The translations under genes were made by a program, and so were the position numbers. DNA of 64,000 nucleotides, taken from NCBI GenBank assembly GCA_018649885.1, contig JABIHA010000108.1, positions 1 through 64,000 on the forward strand, written 5' to 3'. Origin of the DNA: Bacteriovoracaceae bacterium (GTDB lineage Bacteria > Bdellovibrionota > Bacteriovoracia > Bacteriovoracales > Bacteriovoracaceae). Below, piece after piece: positions 19,678 to 28,410 of this stretch (position 1 is its first letter; every line of letters begins with the position of its first letter). Under the pieces are notes generated by a model, which saw only the letters and a list, made by a program, of their open reading frames with translations, had not been told where the DNA came from and made no database searches.

Positions 19678-20343
19678 CTATCTTCTTCTTCTCTTTCCAC
19701 CAAACAAGCTAATGGGCCAACTAAATGAAACAGCAATGGCATGAGACTTGAGTTTTTCATGGCTATTGCCCTGATTTCTGCCAGGTAAATCAGCATTGTC
19801 ACCACCTTCTGATCTTTCATCAAATACATGGCGGTAATAATCAAGAGACCAGCTCACCATGCTTTTCTTCTTTTGAAAGGTAAGGCCAATGCGGTAGCTT
19901 TTCCCGCGATATAAGGGGATCTGGTCATCGGGATTAAAGGGTGCAGTGAACTCAAGCTTATTATAAGGGTAGTATCCAAGCCACATTTTTAATTCCATCT
20001 TCTTTTGAGGAACAACAAAAGCAAAGACTCCACCCCACATTTTATTTTTTGCTGAGGCATTCACCCAGTCGTCATCATGCACTAGTGTTGCATCTTGGTT
20101 ATAGATCCACTTTTGGCTCCCAATATGAAAATCGAGCCCTGCAATAAAGAATCTATGCTCGTAAGCAAAGGTAGTGCTGAATGTGTAGGCCACATTTCGG
20201 CCCTTCATCTTGACGCTAAAAAAGGGATGGGAGTACACGGTATCCCACCACCCACCAAAAGCATTGAGAGAAGGTCGCACTAGAAAGGCACCTTGAACAG
20301 GTAAACTAAGTAAGAGAAAAATGGATAAAAAGAAAATTCTCAT
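19678..20343 (-). CDS. Putative outer-membrane beta-barrel protein
   Basis: Signal peptide plus alternating aromatic/hydrophobic beta-strand pattern. Confidence 0.6.
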   Translation of the reverse strand: MRIFFLSIFLLLSLPVQGAFLVRPSLNAFGGWWDTVYSHPFFSVKMKGRNVAYTFSTTFAYEHRFFIAGLDFHIGSQKWIYNQDATLVHDDDWVNASAKNKMWGGVFAFVVPQKKMELKMWLGYYPYNKLEFTAPFNPDDQIPLYRGKSYRIGLTFQKKKSMVSWSLDYYRHVFDERSEGGDNADLPGRNQGNSHEKLKSHAIAVSFSWPISLFGGKRRRR

Positions 20344-20357
20344 TATTGATGGTTTTT

Positions 20358-20813
20358 TTAGGCAGGCTCAACTGGATCTTCGACATTTGATGATTGATCT
20401 AAATTTAAATCATCATCACTAATCTCGATAGGATTTATTTTTCCAAGCTTTTCATCCCAGTAAGTGGAAACCAATTTTTTGGCCACTCTAACATCCCTTT
20501 TGTACCAGGTGGCATCAAAACCACAGTCGGGACAAGGAATCTCTTTTCTAAAGAATGATTTATTAAAGAATTCAAAAAATCCCCAAAAAATAAAGAAACT
20601 AAGGGCACCTTTATATCCAATTTTCCAGTAGGTACACATAGTGAAAAGTAGGGTGCACGAAAGAATCTGCAAATAATTTGAGAGCTTAAGCCTCGAATGA
20701 TAGTGCAAAGCTCGTTTAATTCCACAAAGTGGACATAGAAAATCAAGGACAGAATTCTTCGCTCTGAATACTCTTTTCTTTAAATTTGGTAGATGATTGA
20801 AATCTTTGGCCAT
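20358..20813 (-). CDS. Membrane protein with split zinc ribbon (CPLC...2 TM...CPDC)
   Basis: Two CxxC pairs flank two hydrophobic segments. Acidic tail and GGAGG SD. Confidence 0.8.
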   Translation of the reverse strand: MAKDFNHLPNLKKRVFRAKNSVLDFLCPLCGIKRALHYHSRLKLSNYLQILSCTLLFTMCTYWKIGYKGALSFFIFWGFFEFFNKSFFRKEIPCPDCGFDATWYKRDVRVAKKLVSTYWDEKLGKINPIEISDDDLNLDQSSNVEDPVEPA

Positions 20814-20859
20814 AACCTACAGAACCTCCAGTTGTTATATTACACCTAGCAGCCGCAAT

Positions 20860-21055
20860 ATTCATCTCGGAAAGAGGTGCCTTTAGCACGGAGATAGAGG
20901 GATGGAAATACCCGACTACAGGACTCAAACTCTTAAAGGAAAGGCTGGGTGGGGCCTCCGCAGACCCCACTGATTGATAAGACTAATCCATTAGGTGGGT
21001 AAGTTGTTGACGGGAATCTTTCCATGATGTGTCTGCCTCTTAACTAACGTCCATC
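20860..21055 (-). ncRNA. Candidate structured leader RNA / ncRNA
   Basis: GC-richer intergenic tract with several hairpins and a long-range stem (see findings). Family not recognised. Confidence 0.4.
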
Positions 21056-21187
21056 TATCATATGCGGGCAAGTCATATGAACATGCTTTACTAGTCGCAA
21101 GTAGCGTACCAAAATTGAAGGTGGGATATTAAACAGTTAGAATTACTCTATCTTTAATGCACTGACCCCAGGGACAAATAGACCCCC

Positions 21188-23734
21188 ATGAATGACCACG
21201 GAAGGCAAAAATTGACTGTGAAAAGAAGCCCCAAGGAGCGGGGTCAAATCACTATTTTCTTCGCTTTCACTTTTATTGTTCTGCTAACCTGTATGGCCTT
21301 TATTGTAAATGTAGGCCTTTTCGTAAAGGCCAAAATTAATTTACAAAATGCTGTAGACGCCGCTGCCTGGTCAGGAGCAGCCGTTCAGTCGAGACAACTT
21401 ACAAAAATTTCCTATCTCAATTGGGAGCTTCGAAATGTCTACAAAGAATGGATGTATAAATATTACGTACTCGGACAATTAAATAACCCCAATATCTGGG
21501 ATAAAATTGGAGCAGGAGGCAATGTTGATTACAGGCTACCCAACTTCAATGCAAGCGACGATGTAGGTGATTATTTCAATATCCCCAGTGTTTGCATTCA
21601 CTTTTCTGGAACCTCAAATATTTGCGCTGTTTATTCAGTCCCCGGTCTTCCCAGATTTCCAGAAATCCAAATGCCAGGTATTGAAGATACTGCCAAGGCC
21701 TTTGTAGACACCCTTGTCAGCAAAAAAGGTCAAGACTGCGCCAAAAGGGCCGGGCTTAACTTTTCAGTAGCAGCCGCCTGGGCCTACGGAGTTGATACTA
21801 GTAACTCTCCTTTTGAAGATATCCCAACCATTGCCACAGATCGGCCTGGAGCTTGGCCCGCCGCTTTTGAGCTAGCAGTGAGAATTAGAAATCTTGAAAA
21901 TGTTGTCAATACAAAGCCACTAACAGAAGGAGTTTGTGCGGGTGATTGCCCACATGATCTCAATGACCTCTATCAAAGTGATACGACCTCACCTCCTATC
22001 AATGAGAGAACTGTAAAAGCATTTCTTGCGGCCAAAAGAAATCTTGGAAATGATAGAGACCTCTATCAAAGCTTCAAAATGTATGAGCTGGCTCCGCAAT
22101 CAATTCCTTTAACAAGCATCACTGCACTCAACAAGGTTTTAATGCCTGGATCAAGTGATAATGGAAATGAAAAGTTCTACCTCGATCTTCACCTCAACCT
22201 CATAAACTATGTCACCTTCTATACAATGTTTGTTCCAAGAGAGGGTGATATGAGTGGTGTTCCCCTTGAGGCCCAATGTGCAGGATCAAAAATGGCATTG
22301 CCCGTTCCGTTGTACCCACAAGGGTTTTACAAAAACCCAGAAGTTCTCACTTACTATGCCGTCAAAGGAACTGCTGAATTTGTAGGACTTTTTAATCCTT
22401 TTACCAATAACGGAATTGTGGAGATGGAAGCCTTTTCCGCTGCCAAACCTTATGGTGGAAGAATTGGACCAATGCTCTTTGGAGCCAATTCTGATAAAAC
22501 TTCACTCAATCCCAGAGATGACCGGGTTTCAGTTCCCTACTTAAGTGGAATTGATATCGGAAATCAAAATGATCCATATAAAGAAGGCTACCCCATACCA
22601 ATGATTCAAGATTTTTGGGTTAAAGAATCACAGGATACTATTGGAGGATGGCCAAATGCTGGTGAGGCCACAAAATTTTCTATCCCAAATCTATTGTACG
22701 ATATTGCTGGAGACATGGCAGTCCACCAAGGGGCGGGCGGCGATACTGTTTTAAAAGTAGTTAATGAAGATATCCCCAGCAAAGGCCCCAGTAGTCTTCA
22801 AGCAGGGCTATATAGTATGGATCAATTTGATGCCCTGAGAGGAGATCTCACGGATAGAAATGCCACCTATAATTTAGTGGCCGAGAATCTCAACCGCATG
22901 AGAAAGCCTACCAAGTATGAAGCCCTCAATTATCTGATCCCAACTGCTCACGACAAATCTCTGTTTAATTCAATAGCCCCGCTTTCGCCATTTGCGGGAA
23001 GTGGTCAACCAGTTGATCCCTATAAATATGAATTGTATGCTCCTCTATACGGACCCGGAACACTATATAATACCCTTGAAGATGTAATGACGATTATGGA
23101 GGAATTTATCAGTATCAGTAATGTTGCCGTTGAAAGTTACACCAATGCCTTGAAGATAACTGCAAAAGCACTCGTCGAAGGTGTCGACTCTAATCCTCTG
23201 TATGAAGATGCTGCCAGAGAGCTCCACAATGACTATGATGATCGCGACCCACTTCACTGCGGGAGTATGGCAGGAAAATTTCAGCACTTTTTTCTAGGCT
23301 CTGGAGTTATAATCGACCCAGCTAAATGTCCTACAAGTACAACTCTCAAAGACTCGGTTCAAAAATATTTCGAGGACAGGGTAGGCAATGGAGATGGCCA
23401 CTTCGCAACGCACTATCAAGGTCATTTCGTCGACCCCGACAGCAATAGTGAGATGATGAGTGCTTATTCACCTGGAGCAAAGCATGGTGGTGACGGGGCG
23501 GGAACCGTCAAACACCCATGGACAGGCAAGAGTAAGTCATACAGAAGGAATTTCTACTCCACAAAATTCATCCCACTCAAATCATTGGTGGCCAATGAAA
23601 ACACTGGCTTCGGTGGAAATTTTGCAGTTTATTCCGAAGGCAATAACTCAGCTCCCATTGAAATTAGAGACAATTATACAAAGCTTCGAAATGCCCTGCA
23701 GAATTCTGGGGAAGTATCTAACATAACCTATTAA
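21188..23734 (+). CDS. Tad-domain (TadE/TadG-like pseudopilin) large protein
   Basis: N-terminal RGQITIFFAF...KINLQNAVDAAAWSGA is the Tad/TadG prepilin-like signature, followed by a ~750-aa Cys-containing extracellular region. Confidence 0.85.
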   Translation: MNDHGRQKLTVKRSPKERGQITIFFAFTFIVLLTCMAFIVNVGLFVKAKINLQNAVDAAAWSGAAVQSRQLTKISYLNWELRNVYKEWMYKYYVLGQLNNPNIWDKIGAGGNVDYRLPNFNASDDVGDYFNIPSVCIHFSGTSNICAVYSVPGLPRFPEIQMPGIEDTAKAFVDTLVSKKGQDCAKRAGLNFSVAAAWAYGVDTSNSPFEDIPTIATDRPGAWPAAFELAVRIRNLENVVNTKPLTEGVCAGDCPHDLNDLYQSDTTSPPINERTVKAFLAAKRNLGNDRDLYQSFKMYELAPQSIPLTSITALNKVLMPGSSDNGNEKFYLDLHLNLINYVTFYTMFVPREGDMSGVPLEAQCAGSKMALPVPLYPQGFYKNPEVLTYYAVKGTAEFVGLFNPFTNNGIVEMEAFSAAKPYGGRIGPMLFGANSDKTSLNPRDDRVSVPYLSGIDIGNQNDPYKEGYPIPMIQDFWVKESQDTIGGWPNAGEATKFSIPNLLYDIAGDMAVHQGAGGDTVLKVVNEDIPSKGPSSLQAGLYSMDQFDALRGDLTDRNATYNLVAENLNRMRKPTKYEALNYLIPTAHDKSLFNSIAPLSPFAGSGQPVDPYKYELYAPLYGPGTLYNTLEDVMTIMEEFISISNVAVESYTNALKITAKALVEGVDSNPLYEDAARELHNDYDDRDPLHCGSMAGKFQHFFLGSGVIIDPAKCPTSTTLKDSVQKYFEDRVGNGDGHFATHYQGHFVDPDSNSEMMSAYSPGAKHGGDGAGTVKHPWTGKSKSYRRNFYSTKFIPLKSLVANENTGFGGNFAVYSEGNNSAPIEIRDNYTKLRNALQNSGEVSNITY

Positions 23735-23742
23735 AATTTATC

Positions 23743-23771
23743 TTGAAGGGCTGAAAGTGGGCTTATATACT
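23743..23771 (+). promoter_or_regulatory. Candidate sigma70 promoter of the H1-like operon
   Basis: TTGAAG-N17-TATACT. Confidence 0.45.
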
Positions 23772-23853
23772 ACCCCGTGCCCAAACTCCGTATTGGGGGA
23801 TGAGTGCTAACCTCACAAATCACATTGGTATTTTGTAAAAAAGGGAATCAATC

Positions 23854-24639
23854 GTGGCAAAGAAAAAAGCAGCCAAAAAGAAAGTAACAAAAAAGAAAGT
23901 AGCAAAGAAAAAAGTCGCTAAAAAAGTGACTAAGAAAAAAGTCGCTAAAAAAGCCACTAAGAAAAAAGTCGCTAAAAAAGCCACTAAGAAAAAGGTCGCT
24001 AAAAAAGCTGCTAAGAAAAAAGTCGCTAAAAAAGCTGCTAAGAAAAAAGTTGCTAAAAAAGCCACTAAGAAGAAAGTCGCTAAAAAAGCTACTAAGAAAA
24101 AAGTCGCCAAAAAAGCTACTAAGAAAAAGGTCGCTAAAAAAGCTGCCAAGAAAAAAGTCGCTAAAAAAGCTGCCAAGAAAAAAGTCGCTAAAAAAGCTTC
24201 TAAGAAAAAAGAAAGTACAGAAAAGCTAGAAGCCAAATCTTCAAAATTGTCTAAAGAAGAGGCGATAGCTAAATATCAGGCAAAAAAAGCTGCTGAAACG
24301 ACTACCCCAGCTGCTGAAGAAGTTGAACCAATTGAGGCCAAACCAGCTGAAGAGGTTCAAATCGAAACAGAGGAAAAGCCAAGCACAGAAACAACAGCTG
24401 AAGAATCAACTGCGCAAGCTGATGATATGCCACTCCCAGATCGACTCTCTGACGAATATAACACTGATGATGAATCAGAAGTAACGGGAGAGAATAAATT
24501 TGCTTATGGTTGGGGATACGATGATGGATTTGATAGTCCAGAAGACGTCGATAAAAATATTCCGCAAAAAGAACTTGATGAAGATGAGCTCTATGCCAGA
24601 GGCATGGGACCCAAGAATCAGAAAAGTGAAGAAAAATAG
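23854..24639 (+). CDS. Histone H1-like Lys/Ala-repeat protein with acidic C-terminal half
   Basis: GTG start. About 120 aa of KKKVAKKA(T/A) repeats followed by a Glu/Asp-rich tail. Confidence 0.85.
   Translation: MAKKKAAKKKVTKKKVAKKKVAKKVTKKKVAKKATKKKVAKKATKKKVAKKAAKKKVAKKAAKKKVAKKATKKKVAKKATKKKVAKKATKKKVAKKAAKKKVAKKAAKKKVAKKASKKKESTEKLEAKSSKLSKEEAIAKYQAKKAAETTTPAAEEVEPIEAKPAEEVQIETEEKPSTETTAEESTAQADDMPLPDRLSDEYNTDDESEVTGENKFAYGWGYDDGFDSPEDVDKNIPQKELDEDELYARGMGPKNQKSEEK
23905..24201 (+). repeat. Coding tandem repeat, 11 x 27 bp (KKKVAKKAx)
   Basis: Unit approximately AAGAAAAAAGTCGCTAAAAAAGC(C/T)(A/G)CT, counted from the translation. Confidence 0.92.
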
Positions 24640-24648
24640 CAACCAGTT

Positions 24649-24897
24649 ATGAAAGTTGAACTCTATTATTATGACTATTGCCCATACTGCGTAATGGTGA
24701 TCAATACCGTTCATAAGCTTGGGATTAAAATCGATTATAAAAATACGAGGCAAGATCCAGCAAATGGACAATACCACCAAGAGCAAACAGGGCGATCGAC
24801 AGTGCCCTGTCTATACATCGACGGAAAGCCCCTATTTGAGTCACGAGATATAATTGAGTGGCTCAAATCCAATGCTGATAAGCTAGAAAAAGAGTAA
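24649..24897 (+). CDS. Glutaredoxin family protein
   Basis: CPYC active site, TVPCLYIDG and FESRDII. Confidence 0.92.
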   Translation: MKVELYYYDYCPYCVMVINTVHKLGIKIDYKNTRQDPANGQYHQEQTGRSTVPCLYIDGKPLFESRDIIEWLKSNADKLEKE

Positions 24898-24899
24898 CT

Positions 24900-26204
24900 A
24901 TGGAAGTTAGAGACCCCGTACATGGATCCATTCATATTCTGGACTGTGAAATCCCTGTTCTTGAACATCGATTTTTTCAAAGACTTAGAACTGTTAAACA
25001 GCTTGGTTTTTCAGAGTATATATTTCCAGGTGCGACTCATACCAGGTACCTCCACTCAATTGGAGTCATGAACATAGCCTCAAAAGTTTTTGATAAGATT
25101 TTCCCTCACTTAGCTTTAAATAGTGAAGGCCAAAAGCTCAAAGAGACGCTTAGACTTGCATGTTTACTGCACGATATTGGGCACGCACCACTTAGCCATA
25201 CAACAGAATCAGTAATGCCTACGCTGGGTGAGCTGGGCCTAGATAAAAGATACCTTGAAGGTGAAAACTTAGAGCGTCAAGCCACTCATGAAGACTACAC
25301 AATAAAAACGATTACTGACTCAAGTTTTTGCGAATCTTTAAAAGATGCTCAAAGTAAATTTGGAGTATCCAAATACCAGATAGCTGAATTGATATCTGGA
25401 AATACGAGTGAGCCTAATTATTTTACAATAGACGGAGTTAATCTATTTCCAATTTTACACCAATGCGTTTCAAGCGAAATGGATTGTGACAGGATGGACT
25501 ACTTACTTCGAGATAGTTATTTTTGTGGTGTCAGTTATGGCCATTTTGACCTCGACTGGATAATTGATAATCTTGAACTTTGTGAAATCGAATCCTCTGG
25601 ATACTTAGGAATAAGTGAAAGAGCAGTGGCGACTTTTGATGATTTCTTGTTAAGTCGATTTCATATGTTCTTACAAGTATATTTTCACTATAAATCTGTT
25701 TGCTTAGAGCAAATGCTTCTCAAATATTTTTCTGAAACTGGTGATGAATATTCAATTCCTGCAGATATTGAAGAATATATTAATCACGATGATCACATGC
25801 TGATGAAAGTGCTGCGAGCAAGTGAAAATATTTGGGCCCGTAGGGTTATAAGAAATGCGATCCCTATTAAAATATTTGAATGCTTTGGTGAAGAACACAT
25901 CCCCACTTTAAACAATCTCGAGTCATATTTAAAAGCACAGTCAATTCCCTACTTAAAAGGTTCGTCTAAAAACCGACTATCTAAGTACTACACTTCTACC
26001 ACACGAGACCATATTTCTTCTAACTCTCTGAAAGTTACTAGAAAAATTTACGGCGGCACCAAAAAGACTTACACTAATATAAATGAGGCCACAGATCTCT
26101 ACGAGAAGTTCAGTGACTCCCATGAAGTTAACAGGATTCACTGTGACTGGAGTGAGTTAAATCAAGGCCAACAAAGTGAAGTATTAGGTATTATTTCACA
26201 ATAA
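24900..26204 (+). CDS. HD-superfamily phosphohydrolase (SAMHD1/YwfO-like dNTP triphosphohydrolase)
   Basis: RDPVHG, FQRLRxVKQLG, PGATHTRYLHSIG, LLHDIGHAPLSH and DCDRMDYLLRD. Confidence 0.92.
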   Translation: MEVRDPVHGSIHILDCEIPVLEHRFFQRLRTVKQLGFSEYIFPGATHTRYLHSIGVMNIASKVFDKIFPHLALNSEGQKLKETLRLACLLHDIGHAPLSHTTESVMPTLGELGLDKRYLEGENLERQATHEDYTIKTITDSSFCESLKDAQSKFGVSKYQIAELISGNTSEPNYFTIDGVNLFPILHQCVSSEMDCDRMDYLLRDSYFCGVSYGHFDLDWIIDNLELCEIESSGYLGISERAVATFDDFLLSRFHMFLQVYFHYKSVCLEQMLLKYFSETGDEYSIPADIEEYINHDDHMLMKVLRASENIWARRVIRNAIPIKIFECFGEEHIPTLNNLESYLKAQSIPYLKGSSKNRLSKYYTSTTRDHISSNSLKVTRKIYGGTKKTYTNINEATDLYEKFSDSHEVNRIHCDWSELNQGQQSEVLGIISQ

Positions 26205-26209
26205 TTTGA

Positions 26210-26941
26210 ATGAGTAAGATTGCTGTCTATATAATTTTAGTTTTAGTTTTCCTAGGCCTTGCCAGAAGTTTTTCTACACAAGGAAATCGCCATACTTATA
26301 TTCAAAATGATCTAATATTTTCGAATTTTTTTAAAGGCGAGAATATCTCCGTTATCCTAGATCAAATATACTCATCAGGATTTCTAATCAAAACTCACTT
26401 TCACCGCTATAAAATATTCAATGGTTTTTCATCAAGACCATATTACCGAACCTTTAGGGTTTCAAGACAGTTTCAAGAACAAAATATCCAAAATATTGGC
26501 ATGTCTATTTTTCGAAGAAAGGAAATCTCTAGCTTTGGTAATTCTGTCCCCCTTCCCCCTGGTAGTCTCTACATAGGTGATCTGGCTTATGGAAATTGGG
26601 TGAATTCCCCCTCGGGAATGAAAAAGTGGCATTTCCACAGGGCCTATAGACACTACCCAAGAATATTTGGTTGGAAGAAATTTAGACCAACAAAAGATTT
26701 TTACAAAAAAATAGAACTGGCAAGGCAAAATGAAGTTCCCTTTTTTGGAGAAAAAGGTGAATTCGGAACCAATGGAACTATTACTGGCGCCAGCTCCAAG
26801 GCAAAGGGACCACTTGTAAGTGACCTGAAGACCACTGTGTTTAAACCACTGATAAAAAAATATACCTTGTATACTTCTAAAGACTACAGAAACTCAAAAC
26901 ACCTTCACTTTGATGACGAGGACCTATACGAAGATGAATGA
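26210..26941 (+). CDS. Membrane-anchored hypothetical protein, resembling the family that accompanies DUF350/PspA clusters
   Basis: N-terminal TM. The ISVILD...HRYKI...NIGMSI...PPG.LYIGD..YGNW....G...WHF pattern is recalled from DUF350-linked proteins. Confidence 0.6.
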   Translation: MSKIAVYIILVLVFLGLARSFSTQGNRHTYIQNDLIFSNFFKGENISVILDQIYSSGFLIKTHFHRYKIFNGFSSRPYYRTFRVSRQFQEQNIQNIGMSIFRRKEISSFGNSVPLPPGSLYIGDLAYGNWVNSPSGMKKWHFHRAYRHYPRIFGWKKFRPTKDFYKKIELARQNEVPFFGEKGEFGTNGTITGASSKAKGPLVSDLKTTVFKPLIKKYTLYTSKDYRNSKHLHFDDEDLYEDE

Positions 26942-27842
26942 AATATTTGATAAACTTATTATAAGAGTACTAATTGCTATTATTATCTGTGCTCTACTAT
27001 ATCTCTACAAATTTGCACATCTACTTTTGTATCCAACTGCAAATAAACAAGTAAATGCAAAGTTTTTTCCTGCCCAAAACTCAGCCGATTCAATTCACTT
27101 CTTCTCAAGAATAATTGGTATTGGAATAATTTTTTCATCGATCAACTTCGATATCGGCAACGGTATCATGATAGGAATCGTTGACCTTTGTATACTTAGT
27201 GCAGTTTCATTTATTCTATACCTAGCCTCACTCTTTATTGTTGATGGAATTGCTCTATATAATTTTGAATATGAGGATGAAATTCTTAAAAGAAAGAACC
27301 ATTGCTATGCAACCATAGCCGCTTCCAATGCAGTTGCCCTGGGATTTATCATAAACAAATCACTGCTTACTTCAAATGGATCTCTGATCTTAATTTTATT
27401 TATGTGGTTACTAGCAATTGCTCTATTTGGATTCTCTTCAAAACTATATTTTCTCTTATCACGGTTTCAATTTAATAAGTTAATCATCCAAAAAAATATG
27501 GCACTAGCATTCTCATATTCTGGATATATCTTAGGCTTTACCATGGTTATCGTCTCTTCAATCGACCAGCCCGTGAGAAGTATTGAAAATTACACAGTTA
27601 ACGTCATATTAAAAATCATCCTCTCACTTATTATTTTCCCAATTTTTAGGTACGGAATTATTCATATTTTCTCTTTAACTGATGTTATTGGAAAAAAAGG
27701 AAAAAATGATACGAACCTCAATATAGATGACCCTAATATGGGACAAGGCATTTTTGAAGGCGCGCTTCTTTTCACTTCTTTTTACCTAACAACTGTAATT
27801 ACTGGATATATTTCCTACGGCAAAATTTACCCTGAGTATTAA
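26934..27842 (+). CDS. Polytopic membrane protein, tandem DUF350-like
   Basis: About 8 TM helices with repeated (D/K)xIxxxNxAxA motifs (DEILKRKNHCYA, KLIIQKNMALA). ATG at 26934 overlaps the upstream stop. Confidence 0.7.
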   Translation: MNEIFDKLIIRVLIAIIICALLYLYKFAHLLLYPTANKQVNAKFFPAQNSADSIHFFSRIIGIGIIFSSINFDIGNGIMIGIVDLCILSAVSFILYLASLFIVDGIALYNFEYEDEILKRKNHCYATIAASNAVALGFIINKSLLTSNGSLILILFMWLLAIALFGFSSKLYFLLSRFQFNKLIIQKNMALAFSYSGYILGFTMVIVSSIDQPVRSIENYTVNVILKIILSLIIFPIFRYGIIHIFSLTDVIGKKGKNDTNLNIDDPNMGQGIFEGALLFTSFYLTTVITGYISYGKIYPEY

Positions 27843-27909
27843 TTTTAGGGCGAAAGCGCGCTCCATGTAAGTTATAATGTGATGTGGCATTTGGACTTAT
27901 GGGAGCACG

Positions 27910-28410
27910 TTGATGGAATTTAATATTAAAAGATTTCTTGCTATGATCGATCAAAGACTATCAAGGCTTGAATCAAATATAGTCAGACTAGAAGAAAAGC
28001 TCGATCAAAGTTTGGCCATTCAAAGAAATCATCTCATTAGAATAAAACATGGAGAAGATCTGTCTGATGACATGATACTTTTCGGAAAACCCTATAATGA
28101 ACTTAGCCCAGCGAAGGCTTATGAAATTTATGGAAATGACCATCTAGATTTCTTAGTTCTCGATGTATCAACAGATCCAGAGTCTAAAATAGAATCATCG
28201 CTTCATATTCCTTACCTTGAGCTTGAAAGAAGGTATATGGAAATTCCAAGCAAAACAATCCCTCTTTTGGTCATTTCAAAAAGTGGCCTGAATTCAATAC
28301 TCGCCTGTGAACTGCTCATTACGAAAGGCTATCTTAATCTAAACCATGTTTCTGGTGGACACCAGTACTGGCCTGGGCACACTGCTCAAAGAGAAACTCA
28401 AGCTTCTTAA
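27910..28410 (+). CDS. Rhodanese-like domain protein with N-terminal coiled coil
   Basis: LVLDVS...IESSLHIP...VISKSGLNS...VSGG..W fold pattern. The catalytic Cys position is Ser. Confidence 0.8.
   Translation: MMEFNIKRFLAMIDQRLSRLESNIVRLEEKLDQSLAIQRNHLIRIKHGEDLSDDMILFGKPYNELSPAKAYEIYGNDHLDFLVLDVSTDPESKIESSLHIPYLELERRYMEIPSKTIPLLVISKSGLNSILACELLITKGYLNLNHVSGGHQYWPGHTAQRETQAS

Noticed and set aside
20743..20970. 75-aa track ORF across the structured leader
   Set aside because: It overlaps the real gene start, has no SD and has atypical composition.
20860..20985. SAM-I riboswitch-like words (CTTATCAA, GTGCTAAA, AGATGA) on the minus strand
   Set aside because: The GAGGGA..GGCCC kink-turn/pseudoknot and GCAACC core are absent, and the downstream gene is not methionine-related.
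23802..23810. GAGTGCTAA, right half of a CIRCE element
   Set aside because: No TTAGCACTC left arm at the N9 spacing.
23820..24236. Antisense ORF with FLATFFLAA repeats; possible CRISPR-like array
   Set aside because: It is the mirror of the Lys/Ala coding repeat. Units are contiguous with no unique spacers and there are no cas genes.
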